Made by a program: the position numbers and the translations under genes. From assembly GCA_963921275.4 (NCBI GenBank), contig OZ001293.3, forward strand, positions 4,512,001 through 4,576,000: DNA of 64,000 nucleotides. Direction: 5' to 3'. The notes under the pieces were generated by a model. It saw only the letters and a list, made by a program, of their open reading frames with translations, was not told the origin of the DNA and did no database searches. Positions 10,295-22,704 of the stretch are shown piece by piece (the stretch's first letter is position 1; every line of letters begins with the position of its first letter). Source of the DNA: an uncultured Hormoscilla sp. GTDB lineage: Bacteria; Cyanobacteriota; Cyanobacteriia; Cyanobacteriales; Desertifilaceae.

Positions 10295-11563
10295 CTAGCA
10301 AAAGTCTACCACTTCTGCCGGTCCCACTAAGGATATATAAGGGGCTGTAAAATACCGATTAGCCACTGCTTGGGCCGCTTCAGACGTTACACTAGCAATA
10401 TCTTCCTGAAACTGAATGTCAAATTCCACCCCTAGCCCCATAGTTTCGTACCAACCGAGAACTTGGGCGATCTGGGAATTTGTCTGTTTCCCTAAAGCGT
10501 ACTGTCCTAGCAGCTTGTTCTTGCAAGCTTGCAATTCCTTTGGAGTCAGTTCCACATTCCGTAGACGTTCCACTTCCGATTGTAAACTTCCCAGCGCGAT
10601 CGCGGTATTTCTCGGTGCCGTGCCCATATAAACCACAAAATTAGCAGTTTCCTGGCGGGTGGGGTACATAACCGAAACATCGTAAGCTAATCCTCGTTTT
10701 TCCCGCAATTCTACAAATAAGCGGCTCGAAAGTCCATTTCCCAAGTAGGTATTCAGCAATTTCAGGTGGGCGTAGTCCTGACTGTGAACTGAAGCTGCTA
10801 AATAGCCTATCATAATCACGGATTGTTGAGTTTCTTGAGCCGTAACGATCTGGTGAGGTTCTCCAGTAATAGCAATCTGAGTGGCCTCCGGTATGGACAT
10901 GTCCGGTGCCTGCCAATCTCCAAAGACATCTTTTACTAGGGCGATCGCATCATTTGGTGAGATTCGTCCTGAGATACTAATTACCATATTATCTGGGCGG
11001 AAGTAGGTAGAGTGAAACTCTTGCAGATCCTGGCGCTTCATGCTGCATACGCTTTCTTCCGTTCCCAGTGGTGACCTGCCATAGGGATGCTGCTGGTACA
11101 TCGCTTCCCGCAGGGCCTTAAAGGCCACAGCAAAGGGTTGTTCTTGCTGAGAACGAATCCCTTGCATGGTGATGCGTTTCTCCAGTTCCACTTCTGCTTC
11201 CGGAAAACTCGGCGATCGCAATATTTCCCCTACCAACGCCAAAATCTCCGCAAAATCTGCCGATACCGTCTGAAGACTCACCAAAAAATAATCTGCTGCG
11301 GCATCTGCCCCCACACTCGCACCCACCGATTCTACCTTTTCGGCAATTTCCAGGGAAGATAACTTAGGAGTACCCTTAGTCAGTCCTGACGATACCAAAT
11401 GTGCTAGTCCTGCTTTTCCTTCCTTGCCACTGCCCGCTCGTAGGAAAATCCGACTAGCAATGATATCAGCAGCTGGGTTTTCCACTACTAATATTACTAG
11501 GCCATTCTCCAGAACTGTACGATGAGTTTGGTAGCTTTGACGCCGCTTCACATTTAATTTCAC
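10295..11563 (-). CDS. M16-family peptidase (non-catalytic-type subunit)
   Basis: LENGL, GLAHLVSS (no HxxEH), SSRLFVELREKRGLAY. Confidence 0.9.
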   Translation of the reverse strand: MKLNVKRRQSYQTHRTVLENGLVILVVENPAADIIASRIFLRAGSGKEGKAGLAHLVSSGLTKGTPKLSSLEIAEKVESVGASVGADAAADYFLVSLQTVSADFAEILALVGEILRSPSFPEAEVELEKRITMQGIRSQQEQPFAVAFKALREAMYQQHPYGRSPLGTEESVCSMKRQDLQEFHSTYFRPDNMVISISGRISPNDAIALVKDVFGDWQAPDMSIPEATQIAITGEPHQIVTAQETQQSVIMIGYLAASVHSQDYAHLKLLNTYLGNGLSSRLFVELREKRGLAYDVSVMYPTRQETANFVVYMGTAPRNTAIALGSLQSEVERLRNVELTPKELQACKNKLLGQYALGKQTNSQIAQVLGWYETMGLGVEFDIQFQEDIASVTSEAAQAVANRYFTAPYISLVGPAEVVDFC

Positions 11564-11680
11564 ACAATCTTCCTTAATACTTTATAGCAACTCTATGAGT
11601 TTCCCAAGGAAACCCAACAGTCGAGCATGTTCAGATACTTATCTCTGTATTTTTTATTTAACAGTCTAATTACCTGTCGG

Positions 11681-11890
11681 ACAGGCGAGACGCCCCTCCT
11701 ACGGGAACTCCCACAGGCGAGACGCCCCTCCTACGGGAACTCCCACAGGCGAGACGCCCCTCCTACGGGAACTCCCACAGGCGAGACGCCCCTCCTACGG
11801 GAACTCCCACAGGCGAGACCCCTCCTACGTCTCCGACAGGCGAGACGCCCCTCCTACGCTGACTCCCACAGGCGAGACGCCCCTCCTACG
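11681..11890. repeat. Tandem repeat, 32-bp period, 7 copies of ACAGGCGAGACGCCCCTCCTAC
   Basis: Copies start at 11681, 11713, 11745, 11777, 11809, 11836 and 11868; linkers mostly identical (GGGAACTCCC). Confidence 0.9.
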
Positions 11891-11900
11891 CTTGACTATT

Positions 11901-13184
11901 TTACCACAGCGGTCTGAGGGTAGCGACCGCATATCTGTCAACGGAGAGATATTCCCTCGCCAAGCGCTGTAAATCTTCTGCTTGTAATGCTTGGATACTT
12001 GCCGGATAGGTGACTGATTGTTCGGCGGAGGCAATAGTGTTGTAGTATCCATAAAGACCAGCCAATTGTCCGGGGGTTTCCGTAGAAAAGGCATATTCAT
12101 TGCACAGTTGCCTCTTGCAGCGGGATATTTCCCAATCTGACACTGGTGTATTTTGTAACTCTACCACCTGTTCGCAAATCAGTCTTTCTACATATTCGAT
12201 ATATTGCGGTTCTAACCAGGCTGTAATCGTAAAGAGACTGGAGTCCCGTTGCAGGGAAAAGTCACTTAATATCCCTTGCACCAATTCTGACTCTTCCCGC
12301 AATTGGCGCACTAACCGGGAAGACCGACCCGCCGCTAACAGCACCGACAACAAGTCTAAACCGTGGGCATTTGACAACTTTTCTACTCCCGGTCCCGCCC
12401 AGGCCATCATCAGACGCGCTTGTTCCAACCGGGGCAAACTCAGGGAGCGACGCTCAATTTCCGCGATCGCAGGTGTTGATGATGCTAATCTGTAGAGGCG
12501 GTCTGCAATCGGACACTGCGATCGGGGACGAAAACCCTGGAAATTTTGGCTGACCAATTCTTTTGCCTTTTTCTGAGATATGCCTCCGACCACCACCACG
12601 GTCATATTTTCCGGTTGATAATAACACTGGTGGAAACGGTGCATCTGTGCGGGAGTCTGTTGCATCAGCTGCACCTGGGTACCCAGTACTGGCCTGCCGT
12701 AGGGATGTTGTGGATAGACCGTCTCCATCAAAGCTTGGAAACCCAACCAGTCGGGGTCGTCTTCTGATTGGCGAATTTCTTCCATCACCACTTCTCGTTC
12801 CCGGACAAACTCGCCGTCCGGGATAGCAGGATGCAGCAGCAACTCCGCCAGATAGGGGAGAGTTTCTTCTAAGTGCTCTACCGCAGCGATCATAAAATAA
12901 TGGGCAAAGTCATGGCTAGTTACAGCATTGCTGACTCCTCCCCGACGTTCGATCGCGCGATCGAACATGCCCGGGCCCACCCGCGCGGTACCCTTAAAAA
13001 TCATATGTTCTAGGAAGTGGGCCATCCCCGGGGCCTCAAGGGGGTCCACTGCCGCACCTGCCCGTACCCATACATCTACCACGGCAACTGGCGTTGCCGG
13101 AATTTCTTGATGGATAACAGTTAAGCCATTGTCCAGCTGGCAAATATTCGCTGGCAATCTGGAAATATCAAGCAATTGAGACAA
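11901..13184 (-). CDS. M16-family zinc peptidase (catalytic-type subunit)
   Basis: GMAHFLEHMIFKGT (HxxEH), HPYGRPVLG. Confidence 0.93.
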   Translation of the reverse strand: MSQLLDISRLPANICQLDNGLTVIHQEIPATPVAVVDVWVRAGAAVDPLEAPGMAHFLEHMIFKGTARVGPGMFDRAIERRGGVSNAVTSHDFAHYFMIAAVEHLEETLPYLAELLLHPAIPDGEFVREREVVMEEIRQSEDDPDWLGFQALMETVYPQHPYGRPVLGTQVQLMQQTPAQMHRFHQCYYQPENMTVVVVGGISQKKAKELVSQNFQGFRPRSQCPIADRLYRLASSTPAIAEIERRSLSLPRLEQARLMMAWAGPGVEKLSNAHGLDLLSVLLAAGRSSRLVRQLREESELVQGILSDFSLQRDSSLFTITAWLEPQYIEYVERLICEQVVELQNTPVSDWEISRCKRQLCNEYAFSTETPGQLAGLYGYYNTIASAEQSVTYPASIQALQAEDLQRLAREYLSVDRYAVATLRPLW

Positions 13185-13342
13185 TTTTTGACATAGCTAG
13201 TGATGATGTTCCTCATTCTAGCCTCCGATCTCCAGCCAATTTGCAACATTTAATACAGTTTGTTCCTATTTGATGGTTTATTATGTCGTCAATGCTGCTG
13301 CGGCGTAGCAAGTGCTTCGCCCCTGACGCCGTTTCTCACAAC

Positions 13343-13749
13343 TCACTGATTCCAAAACTCTAGGTCTTTAAACGCAGCCAAGTCTCGGTAATTTATTGTC
13401 CATACTGGACAGCGGTAGCGTCGGGCAGTTAAGATCACTGTGGCATCTTCTAAACTACCACCCCAATTTGAAAAAGTTCTGACTAACGTTTGTAGTTCTT
13501 CTAGTTCCAATTGACCAATAGGGACTAGGTTAAAGCTCTCTAGCATCATATCAAGTGTACTTTGAGCTGTGCTTGGGTTTACTCTTTGTAATAGCCATTT
13601 GTAGACCTCGAAGACAATGGGAATGGGAACAATATGGCAGTTTTTCCTTGCTGTAACTGGTTAACAGCCGCTACACATTCGTTATGTTGCGGATCTTTAG
13701 CATAAAAGAAGCTAATGAGGGGACCCGCGTCAACCACCAGTTTTTTCAA
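13343..13749 (-). pseudogene. PIN-domain (VapC-like) toxin, frameshifted
   Basis: N-terminal KKLVVDAGPLI...DPQH; C-terminal SLEDA...VWTINYRD in a different frame. Confidence 0.75.
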
Positions 13750-13950
13750 TTAATTTGCTCCTAGAACTTGATTTTCGGGCGCTTCCTTAACCAGTCCTGC
13801 TAAGGATATCAATCTTGAAAGATATTTAAATTCTGGTTCGAGCGGTATTGCCGACTTCAGCAAGCGGCATAATTCCTCACTCGAATGATACTTGAGATAC
13901 TTATCCAGTAGGTCAACTAACTCCTCGGGCAGCTCAATAGTTCGTTTCAT
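13750..13950 (-). CDS. Small putative antitoxin
   Basis: 66 aa with RHH-like start MKRTIELPEEL; abuts the PIN gene. Confidence 0.6.
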   Translation of the reverse strand: MKRTIELPEELVDLLDKYLKYHSSEELCRLLKSAIPLEPEFKYLSRLISLAGLVKEAPENQVLGAN

Positions 13951-14094
13951 AACACAAGTGATCTAATGCTACACGTTTATTATACACCAATGCGCCCGTT
14001 CGCGTGGCAATCCTTAACTCCTGGAAACTGCCTCCTATGGCCCGGCCACGCACGGGCGTGGCCAAATTTGATTTACCCCTTACCCATGCTGTTT

Positions 14095-15045
14095 TTATCC
14101 TAGGGCTTCTGCACCACCCACAACTTCCAGAATTTCTTGGGTAATTGCAGCTTGTCGCGCTTTGTTGTAAGACAGCGTCAGGGTTTTGATCAACTCACTG
14201 GCGTTATCGCTGGCATTGTTCATCGCCGTCATCCGCGCCGCTAACTCACTTGCCGCTGATTCTTGGAGCGATCGCAACAACTGATTATTCAGGTACAGTG
14301 GTAAAAGAGCTTGCAGAATTTGTACCGGATCCTGCTCGAATATCATCTCACGCGGCATACTTTCGGGAGTGGCACGGATGACCTTTTCCCGCGTCACCTT
14401 AAAATCACCCCCACTGCTCGTCAGTCGGAATATTTCATCATCTTGAGCTTCCAAACCTTGCGGGTCCAAGGGCATCAGGGTTTGCACTACCGGTCGCGAG
14501 CTAATTAAAGACACAAATTTGCTATAGATCAACTCCACCTTATCCACTGATTCTGAGAGGAACAACGATAGCAGTTCGTCAGCAATCATCGAAGCTTCCG
14601 CTGATGTCGGAATCTGCTCTAGACCGTTGTACGTTGCATCGATCGGTTGATTCCGGCGTTGGAAATATTGGATCGCTTTGCGACCTACCAGGACATATTT
14701 ATAATCGCGACCTTCCGCCTTGATTTCCTTGGCCCGATTTTCTGCCCTCTTGATCACGTTATTATTGTATGCTCCGCACAGGCCCCGATCGCCCGACACC
14801 ACCAGCAGTCCCACTGTTTTCACCGGTCGCTTTTTCAGCAGGGGTAGGTCCACATCTTCAAACTTCAGGCGACCCTGAAGCCGATACAGCACCTGGGCCA
14901 ACCGGTCTGCAAATGGACGAGTTGCTATTACCTGTTCCTGGGCTCTACGTACTTTTGCTGCTGCGACCAAACGCATCGCTTCGGTAATTTTTTTCGTGTT
15001 CTTTACCGACCAGATTCTGTCTCTAATTGCTTTAAGATTTGCCAT
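14095..15045 (-). CDS. atpG: ATP synthase F1 gamma subunit (cyanobacterial atpC)
   Basis: [32 protein letters not shown]. Confidence 0.98.
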   Translation of the reverse strand: MANLKAIRDRIWSVKNTKKITEAMRLVAAAKVRRAQEQVIATRPFADRLAQVLYRLQGRLKFEDVDLPLLKKRPVKTVGLLVVSGDRGLCGAYNNNVIKRAENRAKEIKAEGRDYKYVLVGRKAIQYFQRRNQPIDATYNGLEQIPTSAEASMIADELLSLFLSESVDKVELIYSKFVSLISSRPVVQTLMPLDPQGLEAQDDEIFRLTSSGGDFKVTREKVIRATPESMPREMIFEQDPVQILQALLPLYLNNQLLRSLQESAASELAARMTAMNNASDNASELIKTLTLSYNKARQAAITQEILEVVGGAEALG

Positions 15046-15147
15046 ATTTCCTACTCTTCCCTTTGCTTACCCTAGTTACTAATTGCTAATTGCTAATTTT
15101 TAGCCGTAGGGTGGGCACTGCCCACCTTACTTGCCCGATCGTCTATC

Positions 15148-15200
15148 ACAACTGACCACTTACAACTGACCACTTACAACTGACCACTTACAACTGACCA
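15148..15200. repeat. 14-bp short tandem repeat ACAACTGACCACTT (about 4 copies)
   Basis: Direct reading; lies between atpA and atpG next to a GTAGGGTGGGCACTGCCCACCTTAC hairpin repeat. Confidence 0.8.
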
Positions 15201-15214
15201 GCAACAATTTACAA

Positions 15215-16732
15215 TTAAGCTGATACCAAGAACGTCTTCTTGTATTCTGCGATCGCCTCTTTCAAGATGCCTTCAGCTTCATCTGTCAGCTTCTTATCCG
15301 AACGGATAATTTCTGCAAACTTCGGCTTGTTATTTGTCAGATAAGAACGCAGTCCCTGGGCAAAACTGGCTACTTTTTCTGTCGCTATATCATCCAGATA
15401 GCCATTCAGACCCGCATAGACTATCGCCACCTGTTCGTACACGTTTAGCGGTGAATTTTGCGGCTGTTTCAGCAGTTCCTGCAATCGTTGACCCCGGGAC
15501 AGTTGGTCCTGAGTCGCTTTATCCAAATCTGAAGCAAACTGAGCAAAGGCCCGCAAATCGTCGTACTGCGCCAACTCCAGCTTCAACTTCCCTGCCACCT
15601 GTTTCATGGCTTTTATCTGTGCCGCAGAACCTACCCGCGACACCGAAATACCCGCGTTAATTGCCGGTCGCTGACCCGAGTTGAACAGGTCAGAAGACAG
15701 GAATATCTGTCCATCCGTAATCGAAATCACATTCGTGGGAATATAGGCCGACACGTCACCAGCCTGAGTTTCAATAATCGGCAGTGCTGTCATGCTACCG
15801 CCACCCAGTTTGTCATTCAGTTTAGCTGCCCGTTCTAGCAAGCGCGAGTGGATATAGAACACATCTCCCGGATAAGCTTCCCGACCCGGGGGACGCCGCA
15901 GCAGCAGTGACATCTGGCGATAGGCTTGGGCTTGCTTGGAGAGGTCATCGTAGATCGTCAGGGTCGCCTTGCCATTGTACATGAAGTATTCCGCTATGGT
16001 CGCCCCCGCGTAAGGAGCCAGGTATTGCAGCGTCGCTGGATCGCTAGCATTGGCCGCCACCACGATCGTGTAGTCCATTGCCCCTTTTTCCTCCAGGGTT
16101 GCCACTACCTGGGCCACCGTGGAAGCCTTTTGACCGATCGCCACGTACACGCAGATCACATCTTCTTCTTTTTGATTGATGATCGTGTCGATCGCCACCG
16201 TTGTTTTGCCTGTTTGTCTGTCACCAATGATCAGTTCCCGCTGACCCCGTCCGATCGGAATCATCGCGTCTATAGCAGTGATTCCCGTTTGCATCGGTTC
16301 GTAAACCGACCGACGGGCCACAATTCCCGGTGCTGGCGATTCTAGCAGGCGGCTTTCTGTCGTGTTGATTTCCCCTTTTCCATCTATTGGTTGTCCCAAG
16401 GAGTTCACCACCCGCCCCAGCATCGCCTCTCCCACTGGCACCTGAGCAATTTTGCCTGTAGAAGTCACCGAACTGCCTTCTTGGATGTCGCGGCCTTCAC
16501 CCATCAGCACCGCACCCACATTATCTTCTTCCAGGTTCAAGGCGATGCCTATTGTCCCATCTTCAAACTCTAGCAATTCCGCCGCCATTGCCTTTTCCAG
16601 ACCGTATATCCGGGCAATGCCGTCACCTACTTGCAACACTGTCCCCACATTTTGGGCTTTTACCTGTTGATCGTACTGCTCGATTTGTTGCCGAATGATG
16701 CTGCTGATTTCGTCAGGTCTGATTGCTACCAT
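15215..16732 (-). CDS. atpA: ATP synthase F1 alpha subunit
   Basis: [23 protein letters not shown]. Confidence 0.99.
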   Translation of the reverse strand: MVAIRPDEISSIIRQQIEQYDQQVKAQNVGTVLQVGDGIARIYGLEKAMAAELLEFEDGTIGIALNLEEDNVGAVLMGEGRDIQEGSSVTSTGKIAQVPVGEAMLGRVVNSLGQPIDGKGEINTTESRLLESPAPGIVARRSVYEPMQTGITAIDAMIPIGRGQRELIIGDRQTGKTTVAIDTIINQKEEDVICVYVAIGQKASTVAQVVATLEEKGAMDYTIVVAANASDPATLQYLAPYAGATIAEYFMYNGKATLTIYDDLSKQAQAYRQMSLLLRRPPGREAYPGDVFYIHSRLLERAAKLNDKLGGGSMTALPIIETQAGDVSAYIPTNVISITDGQIFLSSDLFNSGQRPAINAGISVSRVGSAAQIKAMKQVAGKLKLELAQYDDLRAFAQFASDLDKATQDQLSRGQRLQELLKQPQNSPLNVYEQVAIVYAGLNGYLDDIATEKVASFAQGLRSYLTNNKPKFAEIIRSDKKLTDEAEGILKEAIAEYKKTFLVSA

Positions 16733-16795
16733 ATCTTTTCTCTGTTTTCAATCGTCAATTTGCTTCCGTTTCCCTTATTTTCTTCTGGGCCGCGC

Positions 16796-17356
16796 TCAAC
16801 TTGCCGCATTCAGGGATATGCCAATTCTTCGCAGCTGTCCCCGCAGACTTGCATCTATTACCTGAGAGCCTACTTTTATTATCACCCCTCCGATTATTTC
16901 TGGATCGATTTTGCTTTCCAGTTCTACTGCTGCTGCACCTGTCATCCCCTTTACCCGATCGATCGCTGCTTGTTTTTGTGCTTCTGTCAGTTCCACTGTC
17001 GAGGTCACTTCTGCCAACACCGTTTGGTTTAGCTTCCGCAATATTGCCTGATACTGCTTGCAAATACCTTCTAGGAACTGGATCCGACGCCTGTCTACTA
17101 GCAGCATTAAAAAGTTGAGCGTATAGGGGTGCATCCGATCGCCTCCCACCTGCCGCAGCACGGCTTTCTTTGCCTCTGGTTTAATCAAGGGATTAGCTAT
17201 CAACTGACTTAACTCTGGAGAACTTGACAGCATCTCCAGTATATCTCGCACGTCCTCTCCCAATCTTTCTGTCAAGTTTTGCCCTTGCGCTAGAGACATC
17301 AGTCCCTCTGCATAAGGCTCCACTATTTCACCGATCACCATCCCGCCTTTCATCAC
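16796..17356 (-). CDS. atpH: ATP synthase F1 delta subunit (cyanobacterial atpD)
   Basis: EPYAEGL, IIGGVIIKVGSQVIDAS; operon position. Confidence 0.96.
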   Translation of the reverse strand: MMKGGMVIGEIVEPYAEGLMSLAQGQNLTERLGEDVRDILEMLSSSPELSQLIANPLIKPEAKKAVLRQVGGDRMHPYTLNFLMLLVDRRRIQFLEGICKQYQAILRKLNQTVLAEVTSTVELTEAQKQAAIDRVKGMTGAAAVELESKIDPEIIGGVIIKVGSQVIDASLRGQLRRIGISLNAAS

Positions 17357-17883
17357 TAACCTCCCAGCATTGCGATGCTACGGTCAATTAACTGTTGTTG
17401 AGCGCCAGCGTCTACAGATTCTTTCAGCCTCGACTCCGATCGTGACAGCGCCATTTCTACTACTCGCCGTCGCAGTTGGGCGATCGCCCGTTTTTTTTCC
17501 AAATTCAAATCCTGCACTGCCTCTTCTCGCAAGCGTTCTATCTCCTTCTCTGACTTAGCCAAGATTTCTTGTTTTGCCGACTCTGCTCTTTTCTCCGCCT
17601 CTTTTTTGATCTTTTCTGCCTCAGCTTGGGCCGCCGCCAACTTTTGCTGCTGATCTGCTAGGACTGCCGCCGCCTCTTTCTGTCTTGCTTCTACTTCTTT
17701 TATTGTCGAGGCTATTTCCGAGCTTCTCGTTTTCAGGGTTTCCCCTAACACCTTACTGCCCAAATAGTACAAAATCCAAATTACAATTGCCAGGTTAATC
17801 AGGTTAGTTTCTAAAATGTTAAAGTTCAATCCGAAACCACCTTCATGACTAGCTTCTGTTGCTAGCAATAAAACTTTCTCCAT
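17356..17883 (-). CDS. atpF: ATP synthase F0 subunit b
   Basis: FGLNFNILETNLINL followed by a coiled coil. Confidence 0.96.
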   Translation of the reverse strand: MEKVLLLATEASHEGGFGLNFNILETNLINLAIVIWILYYLGSKVLGETLKTRSSEIASTIKEVEARQKEAAAVLADQQQKLAAAQAEAEKIKKEAEKRAESAKQEILAKSEKEIERLREEAVQDLNLEKKRAIAQLRRRVVEMALSRSESRLKESVDAGAQQQLIDRSIAMLGG

Positions 17884-17927
17884 TTTCTTTTCCTATCCCA
17901 TCAACATTTTACCTCGAACCTCCCTAA

Positions 17928-18359
17928 CTATCTTACCAGTTCTGGTCCCAATATTTTTTCCAGAATCTGGCGACTGAGGCCATCCACCTGTTGTTCTAGC
18001 TGTTGCATTGCCTCTTGCTTTTGCTGCTCTATTTCTTTGGCCGCCTCTTCTCGCCTTGCTTGAGCTTCTTTGAGCGCCTCGGCTATTTGACTTGAGGTTA
18101 TTTTCTGGACTTCCGCCTGGGCCGATGCCACTATTTCTTGAGACTGTCTAATGCTAGTCGCCAGCTCTTTTTCATATTGTTGAGCTAATTCTTCCGCTTT
18201 CGCCAACCTCTCTTTCGCTCCTCGTTCATTTTTTCTAATGTACTCCGAGCGTTCTTCTATTGCCTTAGTCAGTGGCTTGTAAAAAACTGCGTTTAATACT
18301 ACTGCCAGGATCAAAAACTGTACTGCCATCACTGGCAGGGTTGCATCAAAATCAAACAT
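17928..18359 (-). CDS. atpF2: ATP synthase F0 subunit b' (cyanobacterial atpG)
   Basis: [15 protein letters not shown]...FYKPL. Confidence 0.95.
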   Translation of the reverse strand: MFDFDATLPVMAVQFLILAVVLNAVFYKPLTKAIEERSEYIRKNERGAKERLAKAEELAQQYEKELATSIRQSQEIVASAQAEVQKITSSQIAEALKEAQARREEAAKEIEQQKQEAMQQLEQQVDGLSRQILEKILGPELVR

Positions 18360-18466
18360 TTCCGTCCCCTTGCTGACGCCTCACCTATTCTTCTCCATTT
18401 TTACCCACTTCTCGGACGTAAGCATTCAGCTGCTGGCCGCTGAATGCTGAATGCTTACCTCACTTT

Positions 18467-18751
<285 letters not shown>

Positions 18752-18795
18752 TTATTTTACTCCCATGGGAGTCATTGAGATGCAAGCTTTTTTCT

Positions 18796-19542
18796 TCAAT
18801 GTCCTTCCCCTTCAGTTTCCATCGCCTCATGAATGTAGGCGGCTGCCAAGGTGGCGAACACTAGAGCTTGAATTGCGCTAGTAAATAGGCCTAGCAGCAT
18901 TAATGGTAGAGGCACGAACAGGGGAACCAGTAATACTAGCACCGCCACCACCAGTTCGTCTGCGAGGATATTACCAAATAGACGGAAGCTGAGGGACAGG
19001 GGCTTAGTAAAATCTTCCAAAATTTTGATCGGCAATAGGATCGGTATGGGCTGGACATAGTTAGCAAAGTAACCCAGGCCCTTCTTGCGAAAACCTGCGT
19101 ATAAATATGCCAGAGATGTCAGCAACGCCAGGGCCACCGTCGTATTGATATCGTTTGTCGGAGCCGCCAGTTCCCCCTCTGGCAAATGGATCAGTCTCCA
19201 GGGCATCAACGCCCCCGACCAATTTGACACGAAGATGAACAAAAATAAAGTACCTATAAATGGCACCCAGGGGCGATATTCTTTTTCCCCCAGTTGGTTT
19301 TTTGCCAGGTCCCGAACGAATTCCAGAGCATATTCCATGAAATTTTGCATTCCTGCAGGCACTCTCTGGATATTGCGAGTAGCTAGCACTGAGGCTATTA
19401 CCAACAGGGCGATTACAAACCATGAAGTCAGCAATACCTGGCCGTGGACTTTCAGATTCCCAATTTCCCAGTATAAATGCTCGCCGACTTCTATTTTTGC
19501 GAGATGCAGGCTATTGGCAAAAAGCAGATTTAGCGTTTCCAT
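18796..19542 (-). CDS. atpB: ATP synthase F0 subunit a (cyanobacterial atpI)
   Basis: [22 protein letters not shown]. Confidence 0.98.
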   Translation of the reverse strand: METLNLLFANSLHLAKIEVGEHLYWEIGNLKVHGQVLLTSWFVIALLVIASVLATRNIQRVPAGMQNFMEYALEFVRDLAKNQLGEKEYRPWVPFIGTLFLFIFVSNWSGALMPWRLIHLPEGELAAPTNDINTTVALALLTSLAYLYAGFRKKGLGYFANYVQPIPILLPIKILEDFTKPLSLSFRLFGNILADELVVAVLVLLVPLFVPLPLMLLGLFTSAIQALVFATLAAAYIHEAMETEGEGH

Positions 19543-19595
19543 TCTTCCGTGAGTCTCTAAGCTCCGATTGGCAGGATTCCTTCACCTAAAGTTTG

Positions 19596-20012
19596 TCAGC
19601 TTTTAACGATATCACCAAACATGTAAAAGATGATGGCGGCTTTATAGGTCAGAAATCCCAGAAATATGGGGATTATCTGCAACTGGTCTAATTGGGAGGC
19701 GAGGATTATCACCCCCATTAGCACAGCCAGTCGCTCCTTGCTGATGCGATTTTTCGATCGTCCCAGCTGCTCTACGTTTCTGGCCAACATCTTTAAGTAA
19801 ACCACACCCGTGCCTGCCCCGATTAAATAATTTAGGGCAATGTCAAGGGAGTAGACCATCCAGACACTGATAAATATCACCCCTGTCACGGCCAGAGTCA
19901 CCATCAACAGGTTCTGTTGCAGCCGGTGGTACTCCAGCATAGAGGTGTTTGGTTCGGGTAGGACAGAACCCCCAAGGCGATTCTCTGTGGTTTCCCGGTC
20001 AGAGTCGTTCAC
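19596..20012 (-). CDS. atpI: ATP synthase protein I (Atp1)
   Basis: Four hydrophobic segments, GFLTYK motif, first gene of the operon. Confidence 0.9.
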   Translation of the reverse strand: MNDSDRETTENRLGGSVLPEPNTSMLEYHRLQQNLLMVTLAVTGVIFISVWMVYSLDIALNYLIGAGTGVVYLKMLARNVEQLGRSKNRISKERLAVLMGVIILASQLDQLQIIPIFLGFLTYKAAIIFYMFGDIVKS

Positions 20013-20125
20013 TTCTACTTGGCCCCTTATGCAGTTATGATTGACGTTAGTTTACAAACCATCTGAAATCATATCATGTATGGCAAGCACTTATAAAGAA
20101 AAAGTTAAGCAAATTTTTGCACAAG

Positions 20126-21307
20126 TCAGGCTGTCTGTAGCAGCAGCAACTGTTGGCTGTGGAGTCTGCGCACTGCCGGTAGTCCCAAGTTCACTTCTGC
20201 CAAGACTTCTGTTACTGTTCGGGTGCCGTCACAAGCTAGCAGAAAGGCGAACTCCCCCTCTGCTAGCGTCACTGGCTGGTAGTCATGATTCAGGAAAGAC
20301 TGACTCGGCCATCCATGCATACAAGGGTTTACTTCCCCTATGGCCCCTAATAGCCGTTTGTCTGGGGACCAGTCGGGTTTGGCTAGGGGCGGACGGCCTA
20401 GGAAGAACTCGTAATGGGTGATTTCTGGATCTAGCAGTTCTATTAACCGGTATCTGGCCCGATCGCCCAACTGTGATGCCCGGGCCATTAATTCTGGGGA
20501 CTTGCCCACCAGTCGTTCGATATTCCAGTATTGGGGGTTGGAGAAACCGATGAACTCTAACCCCGAGGCATCAATCAGTTCAAACAGGGTATTGATGTTA
20601 TAGTCAATTTCCTGGGGATGGACGTACATGTCGGCGAAGCACTCGTCCTGATGGTTTTCCAGGGACCAGCTCTGTTTGTCTTGCTTGACAATTCTGTTGT
20701 TTTCTGGTAAAGCGGCAAACAGTTGCCGACCGATCTGGACCCCATCCCGGTAGTCCCCCTGGCGATCGCCTTGCAGGAGGGAGATGGCCTGTTGCATGAG
20801 GCGAATTTCCCAACGTCCCAGTTCGGCATAGACGAATATATGCATGATACCACCAGTAGCCAATTTAGCAGCCAGTGCTTGGATGCCTCGGATGGGGTCC
20901 GGTAGGTGATGCAGGACGCCGACACAGTTAATCAGATCGAATTTACCAGGGAGTTGGTCGAGATTGTAGAGGCTGAGGTGATGAAATTCCGCCCGGTCGG
21001 CACCCGATCGCTGACAGCGTTCCTTGGCCAGGGCCAAAGCTTGTCCGCTGAGATCGATGCCAATGATAGATGCTTGGGGGTTGAGGTGAACCAGATATTC
21101 CGTACTCACGCCAGTGCCGCAACCAGCATCGAGGATGCGGATATCTTGCTTTTGGGGTATTTGCCCGGTGCAAAAGTGATGTGCAGTTAACCAGTTCCAG
21201 CGCCAGTTGTACCCTGGAGGAGGTTCGTCTAGCAATGGGTCCGGCGGAAAAGGATAGGTGTCGTAGAGTTTCGCCACGGAGTCGGCGATCGCCTGGTTGT
21301 CTGACAT
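20126..21307 (-). CDS. Class I SAM-dependent methyltransferase
   Basis: ILDAGCGTG, INCVGVLHH, FADMYVHPQE. Confidence 0.9.
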   Translation of the reverse strand: MSDNQAIADSVAKLYDTYPFPPDPLLDEPPPGYNWRWNWLTAHHFCTGQIPQKQDIRILDAGCGTGVSTEYLVHLNPQASIIGIDLSGQALALAKERCQRSGADRAEFHHLSLYNLDQLPGKFDLINCVGVLHHLPDPIRGIQALAAKLATGGIMHIFVYAELGRWEIRLMQQAISLLQGDRQGDYRDGVQIGRQLFAALPENNRIVKQDKQSWSLENHQDECFADMYVHPQEIDYNINTLFELIDASGLEFIGFSNPQYWNIERLVGKSPELMARASQLGDRARYRLIELLDPEITHYEFFLGRPPLAKPDWSPDKRLLGAIGEVNPCMHGWPSQSFLNHDYQPVTLAEGEFAFLLACDGTRTVTEVLAEVNLGLPAVRRLHSQQLLLLQTA

Positions 21308-22029
21308 GGACTGTATGCTTTGCCCACTGGGAATCTAAGATGGTCCGGTGGATGCTGTCCACCAGGGTTTATTGTACTGCGATCGCTGCCCGCCACTTTG
21401 CAAAAACGAGAAAAGATGCTATATCTTTCACTACAAGCATTATAAGCACCTCTGTACCTCGTTTCCAGGCGATCGCCTGGAAACGAGTTCTCTTGTAGGT
21501 GGCGATCGAGATGTCAGGATTTTGCTAGGAATGATCGAGCTATGTCTGCTACCAACAACACCAACAATACTTTGCGTCTGTACCAATACCTCTCGGTGCG
21601 GTGCGATGCTAACCGCGTTTCGGTGGAGACTGTTTTCTGGATGTGACCGGTGCTTAAAGAAGGTTTTTCCGGTTATTTACGTATAGGTATGTTCTTGACC
21701 CATTTTAGGGGCTCGTGGGTGGCTCGTGGGTGGCTCGTGGTCGGATCATGGTGGGCTTTAAAGGGATGCTTGGGAGCGGGAGCTTTATGCAGTATTGGGT
21801 AATTTTTTTTGTCGATCGCTATCGGGGCGATCTTTGCTTCTAGTACAGCCGGTGATTTATGAGGCTTTGGTTCGGTGCCGGTCTGTTCTGAGAATCTGAT
21901 TGCTTAATGACCGGCGATTGGCCTCAAGTACGGGTAAAACAATTGCCCAACTTCATTGCCATGCAAGGGCTGTAAAATAAGTGGCAAGGTTGCCGATCGC
22001 CCTTTACTCAATCCACAGGAGACTTCATC

Positions 22030-22300
22030 ATGGGCCGTAAGTTCGCCGAAATTGCTTTCACCCCCTCCGTCAAAGCCATTCAGGAACGGATGGACTCGCG
22101 GGAGTCCTATCAACGATTTGAAGAAGGAGATTTGGGCAACGATCTCCTCACGCCCCAACTGATAGAATTCATTGCCGAACGGGAAAGTTTCTACATCGGT
22201 AGCAACAATGCTAATGGCTGGCCTTACATTCAATTTCGCGGTGCCAAACCGGGTTTTCTCAAGGTTCTCGATGAACAAACCCTGGGTTTTGCTGATTTTG
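22030..22300 (+). pseudogene. Pyridoxamine 5'-phosphate oxidase-family protein, truncated and fused to an unrelated gene tail
   Basis: IAFTPSVKAIQE...GWPYIQFRG..GFLKVLD..LGFADF, after which similarity ends. Confidence 0.75.
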
Positions 22301-22455
22301 AAGTGAAGCTTATATGGTTGAGTTATTTGGTGGGTGGGTTAAGGCAGAAGTGGGAAGTGATTTCGTTCCTGCTGCCGAGAACGAACCCGGTGCCTTTATG
22401 GAAACTATTGGCGTGGAAACTGTTTATCCCCACCAGTTGAAATTAGCGAAAACTA

Positions 22456-22662
22456 ATGCGTTATGCAGTTGTGATTGAAAAAGCAGCAGGTAACTATTCG
22501 GCTTACGTTCCTGACTTACCCGGATGCGTGGCCACAGGCTCAACGATCGAGGAAACTCAACAGCATATTCAAGAGGCGATCGCTTTTCATTTGGACGGTT
22601 TAAAAGAAGAGGGTTTTCCCATTCCCGAACCGACAGCGATCTGCGAGTATGTGGAAGCGTAA
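22456..22662 (+). CDS. HicB-family antitoxin
   Basis: YSAYVPDLPGCVATG.T.EE...EAIAFHL; no adjacent hicA seen. Confidence 0.88.
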   Translation: MRYAVVIEKAAGNYSAYVPDLPGCVATGSTIEETQQHIQEAIAFHLDGLKEEGFPIPEPTAICEYVEA

Positions 22663-22704
22663 GTAAACCTGCCTTTAACCCCTAAACCCCTAACCGAGAG
22701 GTAT

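Noticed and set aside
11681..11890. Possible CRISPR array (22-bp repeat, 7 copies)
   Set aside because: Linkers are only 5-10 bp and mostly identical; no cas genes; it is a tandem REP-like repeat.
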